Positions 53,660 through 64,000 of a DNA stretch of 64,000 bases are shown piece by piece; position 1 is the first letter of the stretch; each line of letters begins with the position of its first letter. Both the position numbers and the translations under genes were made by a program. The notes below the pieces were generated by a model that was given only the letters and a program-made list of their open reading frames with translations, was not told the origin of the DNA and ran no database searches. Source of the DNA: Octopus bimaculoides (Eukaryota); the NCBI RefSeq assembly GCF_001194135.2, contig NC_068997.1, positions 56,314,883-56,378,882 of the forward strand. The letters are read 5' to 3'.

Positions 53660-54090
53660 TGAGGAGCATTCGATAGGTATTCGACTATTTCTTCCTACCA
53701 AAACGAATGCTGTGTGGAGAAAGCCCTTTGGGTGGGAGGTGACGCCACCCTTCCTGCACATACATGATTTTGCACTTGTAGGACTAGGGTACCCACATAT
53801 AGTATGTGCTGCCTAGGGTACAGACGTGTAGTATGTGCCCATTGGATTGTTATTTTCCCATAAGATGACCGAACGCATCAAGCAGAGACCCTAAACCCAT
53901 GTTTCATCACCACCAGTGAGGATGGTCTCCATGAAGTCTGTGGTTTGCCCAGTCCAGCATATCCTGAGCAGTTTCCATGTGCAGTTATTTTTGCAGCAGT
54001 TCCAGAAGGTTAATACTTTGGGGCAGAAGGATTGTAATTTAGTTAAAATGTAACCAAGCAACCTCTCTCTGGTAGAAATCCACATCATGT
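53660..54090. pseudogene. mariner element remnant with internal inversion
   Basis: + strand TIR-like gaggagcattcgataggta and ATG MTERIKQR (53865-53888); - strand 54088-53891 ...FCPKVLT...DFMETILTGGDETWV (mariner GDETW motif). Confidence 0.75.
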
Positions 54091-54364
54091 CAGTGTGCTT
54101 TGGCTGGTTACGAGATGCTCTGTTTTAAGAAGACCCTTGCATTCACACCCACACACCCTCGCTTTTATTATTTTGTCTTATCGCTCAAATTTTCTCTCTG
54201 CTTCACCTGCTCTCTTCCTTTCTTTTTCTCTGCCCCCTTTTCCCTCTGTCTCTTATTATAAATGGTCCCTGGATGGTAGACAGGGATCAAAAATATTCCA
54301 GCCATGACTTTCCTCCCAATTTTGTTTCATCCAGGGATTTACATTAACCAATGTCATTTATCTT

Positions 54365-54520
54365 TTATCTCTCGCTTGTTTCACTCATTGGACTACAGCC
54401 ATTGCTGGAACACCATGTTGAAGGGTTTAACCAAACAATCTACTCCAGTAGTTATTTTTAACGCTGGTTACTTATTCTATTGATTTCTTTCACCAAACCA
54501 CTAAGTTATGGAAGCGTAAG
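54365..54520 (-). mobile_element. SINE family A 3' half, decayed
   Basis: ttgtttcactcattggactacagcc...acttattctattgatttcttt...ccactaagttatgg. Confidence 0.65.
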
Positions 54521-54917
54521 ATACGCATTTTTGTAAAAAACAAAACATATAACTGTTTTTTATTGGAGGGAGATTTGGCTGCAACTTTTAGCAGACTTAT
54601 CAATGTGCAGAGACTTCGATGTTGAATGGAGGGAAGCTGAGATGCTTTGGTGAAATTTTGCTGCAAGTTCATATAAATTAAGAAGTGAATATGAAATAGC
54701 TTTTATTGATTTTAGTGTTGTAGCTTAAATATGAAGGAATTAGATAAAAGTGGATGATAGTGAAGGTGTAAACTGTAAATGACTTACTGACACTATAAAG
54801 ATTATTTTATTACATATTGAAGAGGGTGAAGGAGAGAGGTGGGAGGAAAAGAGAGAGAGAGAGAGAGAGTGAGTAAATGTATGCATGTGTGTTGAGATGA
54901 GAGAAATTGGAGAAATA

Positions 54918-54953
<36 letters not shown>

Positions 54954-54975
54954 TGTGTGTGTGTGTGTATATACG

Positions 54976-55006
<31 letters not shown>

Positions 55007-55082
55007 CTATGTTTATAAATTCATATATATATATATATATATATTTAAAGTGACAGTGAAAGAAAGAAAATTACATGTATAT

Positions 55083-55128
<46 letters not shown>

Positions 55129-56091
55129 ACCTAGACATACTGAGAAAGAGAGCAAAAATGTATGAGCATGTAGAAACAAGAGAAAAAGAAAATATATAAA
55201 TATACGTATATATATATTCATATTTGTATATACATATTTAAATAAATATATATGTACATGTATATGTATATATATATATACCTATTTATATATATCTACA
55301 CACACACACACATGTATATACTTGTATTTATATACACGTATATAAATACATATATGTGTGTGTATATATATGTACATATATAGATGTATATATATGTCCA
55401 CACATACTGAGAGGGAAAGAAGGAGCAGGTGGGGCCGGAGACAGCAAGAGTGAGGTCTGATGGTTACATTCTAAGTAAACTGCTGTTCCATATTCTTTAA
55501 AGTTCATTACAACAAAGAGAAAATGGTTTAGGAATTGGTTCTTCTAAGACATGAGACTCAAGTCTTTGATTTCTCAAGCAAAACTTTGCTATATAATATG
55601 TCTGTTGATATAAGCATATGCGTATATGTGAAGATGTGTGTGTTTGTGTAAATAAATGGGTATTAGTGTAAATGCATTTGTTTTTGTAGACATATGTGTT
55701 AGTGTGTATATGTGCATTACTATGATTATCCATGCATGAGTGCTAACATGTGTGTTAGTGTAAATATTTCTGTGTATAAATGTTCGTTGATGTTAATATT
55801 GATTATTGTATGTGTATATATCTGTGAGTATATATATATATATATATATATACCAGGCCACTGGTATTTATAGACTGTTAAACACTTTTGGTATGCGAAT
55901 TAGGGACTCCTTCATAGAATAATTGTTACATTTGTTGAGTATATAAACAGTTTGGCTGTTTGTTTCCCCGCGTGATTGTCACAATGATGTGGACGCCTCT
56001 GATGAGAACCCAATAAAGCTCGAAAAATTGATTAATGTTGTTCATAATTTTTTTTCAGTCTGTTTATAAATTATACCATATATTATATATA

Positions 56092-56132
<41 letters not shown>

Positions 56133-56236
56133 NNNNNNNNNNNNNNNNNNNNNNNNNNNNNNNNNNNNNNNNNNNNNNNNNNNNNNNNNNNNNNNNNNNN
56201 NNNNNNNNNNNNNNNNNNNNNNNNTATATACATACA

Positions 56237-56447
56237 CGAGAGTATGCTGAAAAGTTTCTGGCTTTGAGTAAAAGAAAATACAAGAGGACCAGCTAATTCT
56301 GATTTCATTCAACATATTCCCCTCTCAGATTCACACATATATTGCAGTGGTCCTTCAGTTTTTCTAAGCCCTGAAAAAGAACTCAGAAGGTTAGGCCTCC
56401 AACCAAGCCTTTTGTGATGCCCTTAAAGCCGTCTCAGCACCCCTTTG
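56237..56447 (+). mobile_element. mariner-type MITE (~210 bp)
   Basis: Left end cgagagtatgctgaaaagtttctggcttt; right end aaagcc..tcagcacccctttg followed by TA; degenerate TIRs. Confidence 0.65.
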
Positions 56448-56618
56448 TATGTGTTTGTGTTATGGTAAATACGAATGTAAAAGTGTAATTACATTTAATA
56501 GTGTTTGAGTAAATCAGTCATCCCTGCTTATTACCTGGTTCAATCACACACCCCATCTTGCCTAATTGCACTCTATCTTCTTGTCTTTTAATTGTGCATG
56601 CACGCATGCATGCACGCA

Positions 56619-56650
<32 letters not shown>

Positions 56651-57949
56651 CACACACACAATGTATTTTGGTTGGTCAGGTGTTGTTGATTTGGAAGAAA
56701 GAAAAGGCGATGGAGACTGGAAGAGCAGATGACCATGTCAAGAAGAATAAGGGAGCATCGGAGGTGACAACAGCAATGGGGGGGAGGAGGAGAATGAGGG
56801 GGAAAAGAACGAGAGGGATGATGATGATGATGATGATGATGGTGATGAGAAAAAAGCAGGCTCGGAAGAAGAAGAGGAGAAGGAGGAGGAAGAAGAGTAA
56901 TGGTTGTGGTGCCAAATATTAGAGAAGCTTTCCATGAAGTCTAAATTGTTGAAAATATAATTCTGCTCACTTTGCAAAATGTTAATGGTTTGGTGCCAGA
57001 GTTTCTAAACAATGGTAATTGCAGGAAAGCAAATGAAATTCTTCTAAGGAATTCTGCAAAAGAATATAAACTGAAAGAAAACAAATTAAAACTCCTTCAA
57101 AAAATTAGACGAATAGAATTGTCGAAACATTAGATATTCGTTAGAAAACAACATCTGAGCAATTAATGAGTTAATAGAAGTGGGGAGAATATTAAACGAA
57201 GGATGTTATTGAGAGTAATTGGTAAAATAATCAGGTGTGTTTATTCACAGCAATAATATAACGAGCTGAAATCTTCGTTAGCAAACATTCATAAATGACA
57301 TCCAGCCAAATTCTTCACAAACTTTACACTTTTTATTCTCAGTGTCAAATGGGTAGGGGGTAGGGGTGAGGATGGAGGGGTGTTTGATGTACTTTTGTTT
57401 TTCATTATAGTTTTTATTGAACTTTGCACAACATTCCCACTCAGCTATACACAACAGCACAAACATATACACAAACATTCACACACACACACACTCACAC
57501 ACACATTTATTGCTAAAGAACACTAACAACAACAGTAGCAACATTACCTCTGGGAATATCACTGTCATCATCATTGTTATCATCAGCATTGTCATCATCA
57601 TCAACATCATCATCATCTTCATTGTTACCATCATAATCATCATCACCATGATTATCTTCATTGTTCTTATCATTATCTTCTTTCATGTCGACACACTCCT
57701 ACAATGGCCTGCGCTACAGTTGGAAGCCTCTCTGATGCCAAACCATATTTAGTTTCAGCTCAGCTACTTTATTCTTCCCTCAAAGAATGAACTAACCATG
57801 TAAGGTGCACACAAGTCACTTTGTCTTCCTCTCATTTGTGGTGGGCACAACCATGCCTTCACCTCTTCAACCACACATCTAATTCTGACCCCCTAGCCTA
57901 GTTTCCTAACCCACAATCCTGTACCCCTGGCCAATTATTCAGTAACCTC

Positions 57950-58330
57950 ACTGGTGCCGGTGCCACATAAAAGGCACCACAGTGTGAAGTGGTTGACCTT
58001 CTGAAGAGCAGCCAAGTCAAAGCAGACACTGGAGTTTGCTGCAGCCCTCTGGCTCATCAGTTCTTGTTCAACTGTCCAACCTGTGCCAGCACAGAAAAAT
58101 GGACATTAAATGATGATGATGATGATTATATCATCATCATCATCATCATCATTTATGTCTGGTTTCCCTGTTGGCATGTGTTGAACAGTTTGGCAGGCTT
58201 CATCATGTTGAAGGATCATATTATCCTCCATTCTCTACTTATGCATAGTTTCCACAAGTGGCTGCCCTTCTTAATTCCATCCCCTTTATAGAGTGTAATA
58301 CGTGCTTTATTCATGGCTCCAGCTCTAGGG
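57950..58330. mobile_element. Two old RTE-associated 3' ends joined tail-to-tail
   Basis: ...ggacattaaatgatgatgat | tat | atcatcatcat...ttatgtctggtttccctgttggcatg; the two halves are homologous in opposite orientation. Confidence 0.6.
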
Positions 58331-59109
58331 AAGGTTACCTTATAGCTTGCATGGCTAAGGGCCTAAATTGGTCCCTATAACTGAAGGAAAATAATGATTC
58401 ATTACAATCTCCATCAATCAGATTGTATCCATCAGTTATTGGTCAATCCAAATCTATAGTAGAAGAGACTTGCCCAAGATGCCACACAAGTAGACTGAGT
58501 TAAAATTCCATGGTTGTGAAACGAACCTGTTACCCATCCAACCACATATGTTTTTACGAATTCCTGATGCTTGATGGAAAATATCTGTCTACCAGATCTA
58601 ATCAATCTGGAAAACTAAAAGTTCCCAAATATATTTAGCATTCGGTTGTAATGTAAAAGATGATGTCTGCTACTCAGGAAATTCTCTCAGCAATAAAAGA
58701 CAAATGACTTTTTTACTAAATTGCGCACGATATAACTGAATCTTTGTGCTTTCTAATTTATGTGTTTGTCTTAATAGGCTTGAAATATTTAAGAAAATGG
58801 ATTACTTTAGCTTAGCGCTAATTATTATTTCAACTTCATCACTAATTACACTTGCGATTTTCAAGTACTTTTTAAATTCATCTTTTACCACTACTGTTAT
58901 GACCATTGCCAAGACATCCCCCACCACTGCCTCCCCACACCCTACCAGCCCCACCAGCAATCACCAACACTCCCAGGGACACAGACACCAGCTTCACTAT
59001 CACCACTATCAATACATTTTACACCTCCCCACATACACGTACAGCCCCCCCCCCTCATCATCATCTGTTTATGCCCACTGTTCCATGCTGGCATGGACAA
59101 GACACAATT

Positions 59110-59430
59110 TCTGGGTGGCAAGTGCCTTCTACTATAGCCTCAAGGTGACCAAAGCCTTGAACGTGGATTTGATAATCGGAAACTGAAAGAAGCCCATTGT
59201 GTGTGTGTGTGTGTGTGTGTCTTTGCATGTGTCTGTCCTCCATCATCACCTGACAACCAGTGTTGGTCTGTTTACAACCCTGTAACTTAGCTGTTCAACT
59301 AAAGAGACCAATAAAAGAAAATACTAGGCTTCAAAGAAATAAAGAACTGCCGTCAATTCATTTAACTCAAAATTCTTCAAGGCAGTGCCCCAGCATGGCC
59401 GCGTTCTAATGACTGAAACAAGTAAAACGG
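59110..59430 (+). mobile_element. SINE family A lacking head
   Basis: ggcaagtgccttctactatagcc...gtaacttagc...gccccagcatggccgc...gactgaaacaagtaaaa. Confidence 0.85.
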
Positions 59431-60219
59431 AAAAGAAAGAAAAAGCCTTTGTTAAAAACTTAAATAAAACCTCTTGTTTAAATCTCTGATGTAATTAATG
59501 TTGTGCACGAAATTAGATTTAAGAATGGTTTATAAAAACTTATATTCCAATAAATGTGTTGATGTACGCAATGAAACCCTGAATTAACGGAATTAATCAT
59601 CTCATAGAATCTGAAATTGTATTGTTCAAGTGTAATAAGTATGTTATGTTTATAAGTTAACGAAGAATAATCAAAGAAAAATAATAATTAATACCAGACT
59701 GGTGGTGGTAGCACTTGAGAAAGTACAGACGTTTCAATCAGTTTATAATGAAAGATGAAACTACAATAGAGTTAATAAAAGTTAATAAAATAGTGTATTT
59801 ATATATGAATCAATAATAATTATGTTGAGAAGACAAAGTTGTCATCAGAAAGCAAAGCTGGGAATCAAAGAAATCGTATAAAATGGTAAAATACGACCAT
59901 TTTTGGCTTACGATTAGTACTTTTAAGAATTGGTATAAAATCAAAATAAATATTGACTGATGTTATTTTAAACTTGCACTATTTTCCATAAAACAACCTA
60001 AAAATATGAATGAAAATATACACATGTATACATACATACAGACATACATACATACATACATACACACATATATACATACATTCATACATATATACATACA
60101 TTCATACATATATATACATACATTCAAACATACATATATACCTACATACATACATTCACACACGCATACATACATGCATATATACAAATACTCACACGCA
60201 TATATAAGAGTAAGTAAGC

Positions 60220-60300
60220 ATGGCTGTGAGGTTAAGAAGTTTGCTTCTCAACCATTCGGTTTAGGGTTCAGTCCCACTGCACTGCCCTTTGGATAAGTAT
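60220..60300 (+). mobile_element. SINE family A head fragment
   Basis: gctgtgaggttaagaagtttgcttctcaacca...gggttcagtcccactgc. Confidence 0.7.
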
Positions 60301-60321
60301 CATCATTAACATCAGCATCCC

Positions 60322-60520
60322 CGTCATCATTTAACGTCCATCTTCGATACTGGCTTGGGTTGGACAGTTTGACCAGAGCCACACTAGGCTCCATTGTCTA
60401 CTTTGGCTTGGTCTTCTACGGGTGGATGTCCTTCCTAATGCCAACCACTTCATAAAGTGTGACACTGGGTGCTTGTTATGTGGCACCAGCACCAGTATGG
60501 TTGCCAAGCAACTTGCAAGA
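60322..60520 (-). mobile_element. RTE-associated 3' end
   Basis: catcatttaacgtcca...gggttggacagtttgac...ggatgtccttcctaatgccaaccac. Confidence 0.75.
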
Positions 60521-61954
60521 TGAAGATCTCTCAGATGATGGAGGGAGTGGAGCCAAGGGAAGTGGCTTGGTGCCAGGTGAGAGGTTAGACAATAATAGAG
60601 GGATAGAGAGAGGTGCCTTAATATAGAGGGATGAGGTGGCCACCCTGATAAGAGAAGAAAGGAGAGGCGGAGTGAGTGAGTGAGTGAGTGAGTGAGAGAA
60701 AGAGAGAGAGAGAGAAGCTGGCTCTGAAAGTGTTTTCTGGTATAATCCTGGGTCAACCCATGACTTGTGAGTGAATTTGCTTTATAGAATTTCTACAAAC
60801 ACACACGCGTGTGCGCACGCACCTTTATTTGTGAATTTGTAAAACATTCAATGATAAAAAGTGGATTTGAAGAAAGAATTTACATTAAGAGTAGAATGGT
60901 GAAAATTATGAAGGAAACAAAAGAGAAGAATTGGTGCCATGTTAAGCAAACTGCCTCAGGTGTAACAGAGAACAACATCATTGCGATTCCGTTTACCTGT
61001 GTGCCCCAGCAAGAAAATATTTTATGAAATGAGGCCAAAATACAACACAATTTTGTATTTCTTTGGCTTTTGTTCATTACATTTATTTATTTTATTGTTT
61101 TTCTTTATTGTTATATTTATAGTTTTTCATTGGTTTCAAGATTCTTATGCCTGTTGGGATTGACTGAACTCTTGGAGGGTGATCTAGGAAGAATTAGAAA
61201 ACAAGCTATGAACATTGGAATGGTAGTTGTGGTGGTTGTAGTGATGATGATGATGGTGATGGTAATGGTAGTGAGGATTATAGCAATGTCAATGAAAATG
61301 ATGTTGATTAGTGAAACAGACGGTAATATTTATAAAGTGAAGAAATTGTAAACTGAAATGTCCAGACATTTCCGTTTCTTGTTTTTTGGTTTATATTTTT
61401 AAACTGTAAACTAAAATCTATTGAATCAACTCCATTCCTTCCATCCCTCCATGTATGATCTTGGACTGACCCTAGATATCAATACTACATTGCTATTGAT
61501 ACATGCAATTAAATCTTCCTCTTATGGATATTATCATAATATATAAACAGTGCCCTAGCATGGCCACTCAATGTCCAGTGAATAAAACCAGTAATAAAAG
61601 ACTAAAAGAATTCTCCCAAGTCAGAAATCAATATTTGAATCTGTGCAAACATATTCCAACTTTGGTAGCAAGAAATACCAAAACTTATAATGGAAAGAAA
61701 ATAGAAGCCTTTCCTGAAGTTATTCTTTGAGATTTCTAATAGTTTTGAAAGGAAACTGATCGATGGTGATACCTTAGAGAGGTTTTTGTGCAATAAATTA
61801 ATGTCTGATCTTTCATATTGCAATGACCGGAGGTGATTCCATCAGGGGTTTGTGTCAGAGTGAGGGGGTGAGGTAATTATTTATTACAAATTCATTATGA
61901 AGGAAATGGTAGATATCAAAATATCAGACACTTGCGAGTGGGGAAGGGGGGGGG

Positions 61955-62100
61955 AACATGTGGCGTATTGATGGCTACTCAGTGAATGCCACCACTTTAC
62001 AACCAAGTGGTTCTGGGTTCGATTCTGTTGTGTGGCACCTTTTACTACTGTAGCCTTTGGGAGTGGATTTGGTAGAGGGAAACAGAAAGAAGCCTGCTCT
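61955..62100 (+). mobile_element. SINE family A 5' half, decayed
   Basis: gtggttctgggttcgattctg...gtggcacc...gagtggatttggtagagggaaacagaaagaagcc. Confidence 0.7.
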
Positions 62101-62105
62101 GTGTG

Positions 62106-62139
<34 letters not shown>

Positions 62140-62159
62140 CACACATGTGTGTGTGTGTG

Positions 62160-62420
62160 GTTAGCATATCAAGTTGATGGTCATAACATCATGAGTTCAA
62201 TTCCCAGGGAGCACATTGTGTCCTTGAACAAGACACTTTATTTCACATTGCTCCAGTCCACTCAAATGGGCAAAATGAGTTGTACCTGGAATTCAAAAGG
62301 GGCCAGCCTTGTCACATTCAGTGTCATGGTGAATAACTCCAAGAACTATGAAGAGTATACATATCAGTGGAGTACTCAGCCACTTGCATGTTAATTCGAT
62401 GAGCAGTCTCTTCCATTGAC
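62160..62420 (+). mobile_element. tRNA-type SINE family C
   Basis: B-box-like gagttcaattccc followed by gtgtccttgaacaagacact, a central motif resembling V/Meta-type SINE domains; single copy here. Confidence 0.55.
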
Positions 62421-64000
62421 CATATCAATTGGAAAACACATCATTGTAACAACCAATAATAATAATAATAATAATGATAATAATAATAATGATAATAATA
62501 ACATCGAAAAAAATACCTTAGGAATGAGAACTCAGGTTCGAAATTTCCCCAAGACTCCTGATAAAGGCTGGAGGGTATATCAGAACTGGAGGAAGAAATA
62601 TACAGTGGTAAGTTGGTTTTGCAAACAAAAACTAATTGCTCATGCTGCAGCGTGGGGTTAGCGGATGGGGTTATCTCCTTACATCAGATCCAACCATGGT
62701 TACATTCAAAGGTCATTCCCTGACTGGCCATAACTTTTAACTTCCTAAAAAATTTATATATAGAGAAGGATGTGTGTGCATGAAGCTATGTATATGTGAA
62801 TGCATTTATCAGAAGAAAAGCCACAGGTTTATCTGTCTATATGTAGCAATTAAAAGAGAGACATGTATGGAATAAACAATAAAAAATGGTGGGGCAATCA
62901 TCCAGAGAGAAACCATGCCTACATTATTATTATATTCATAATATTTACAACACATTTTCCACCTGCAGTTTATAGATATGGCCATTCTATCATAGTCAGA
63001 TAAATTTATTGCATTATAAAACCATGACAGACAAAATAAATTAATAGCAGCTCATTCATGAGGGGGAAAAATGACAGTATCTGTTATTTAAAAAGATATC
63101 TCATCTGTTCATATTGTTGAGTAAGAAAAACTGTCAGTGGTAATTTAAATTATTCAGTAATGTGTAAGTTTTTGAAATAATACCCGGTGTGAGAATAAAA
63201 CTTTATAATTATAGATACCATGTCATTTTGATTGTCATATGTTTAAATAAACATGGATGCCTTTTGAGGTTATCTGCATTCAAAGGAATCACACAACCAA
63301 AATGGGAGTTGAAGGGATTAAATGATGTGGGAAGTGGGAAGGATGCAGTCACACTGGAGGTGTCAACCCTTTCACTAGCCATTGTCCAGATTGCAGACAC
63401 CACTCCTCAGAAGCAGGAGTACGTTTGCACATTAAAATTTTTAAAAAATGAAAAGATAATTGATGAGAGAAAAAAGTCTGGCTATAAAATACTGCTTGGA
63501 ATAATTCTCCATCGAATCCCACACTAGAATGGAAAAAAAAAAATGAACACACACACACACATGCACTCACATACACACGTGCACTCACTCACGTACACAT
63601 ACATACACATATATGCACTCACACATATGCACACATGCACGCATACACGCATACACACATACATGTACATATAGACACACATACATATGCACACACATAC
63701 ACTCATATGCACACATGCATGCATACACACACGCACACATACATATGTCAACTGCATGTCAGCAACGGAAAATAAAATGTTGATGATGATCACACACACA
63801 CACACACACACATAGCAAAGTTTCTTTATTCATAGGAATCTGATTCTTCACTCCTCTATCATTATTCCATGTATTTTCCCCATGTATCGTATTTTGTAAT
63901 CACCATGTTTAAAAGAAAGTAATAAAATATGAGAGATTAAAGAAATATGTTTTTGTATGTTGCTTTTTATTATTTTTTTAAATATTTAGTTTCACATTTG

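Noticed and set aside
62555-62590. Hammerhead-like CTGATAA-AGGCTG...CAG
   Set aside because: The core is mutated and GAAA/stem III are missing; at most a dead remnant.

Overview
AT-rich, repeat-dominated eukaryotic DNA from a draft assembly with six N-gaps. Dense (TA)n/(CA)n/(GA)n/(CAT)n microsatellites and the repeat families look like an octopod cephalopod genome (inference from recalled repeat sequences; no search run). I could not identify any host protein-coding gene: most ORFs in the track are microsatellite translations (YIYI, HTHT, VCVC, poly-M/I), and only a few unrecognised exon-like segments remain. Supportable content is mobile DNA: many copies of about three tRNA-type SINE families, (GAT)n-tailed RTE-associated 3' ends, and decayed fragments of RTE, R4/Dong, CR1/L2-like and Penelope-like retroelements, Tc1 and mariner transposases, and MITEs. 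The best non-ORF signal is a set of hammerhead-ribozyme cores. One is near-intact (type I, minus strand, 28783-28828, directly downstream of a Penelope GIY-YIG remnant), one has a perfectly palindromic stem III (40561-40617), and further decayed cores have different stem II sequences. There are also several fold-back structures: perfect 35-bp and 22-bp hairpins with 3-nt loops, two ~140-bp degenerate hairpins, and an inverted pair of retroposon tails. No rRNA, tRNA gene or CRISPR array was seen. All coordinates were read by eye; repeat boundaries are approximate.
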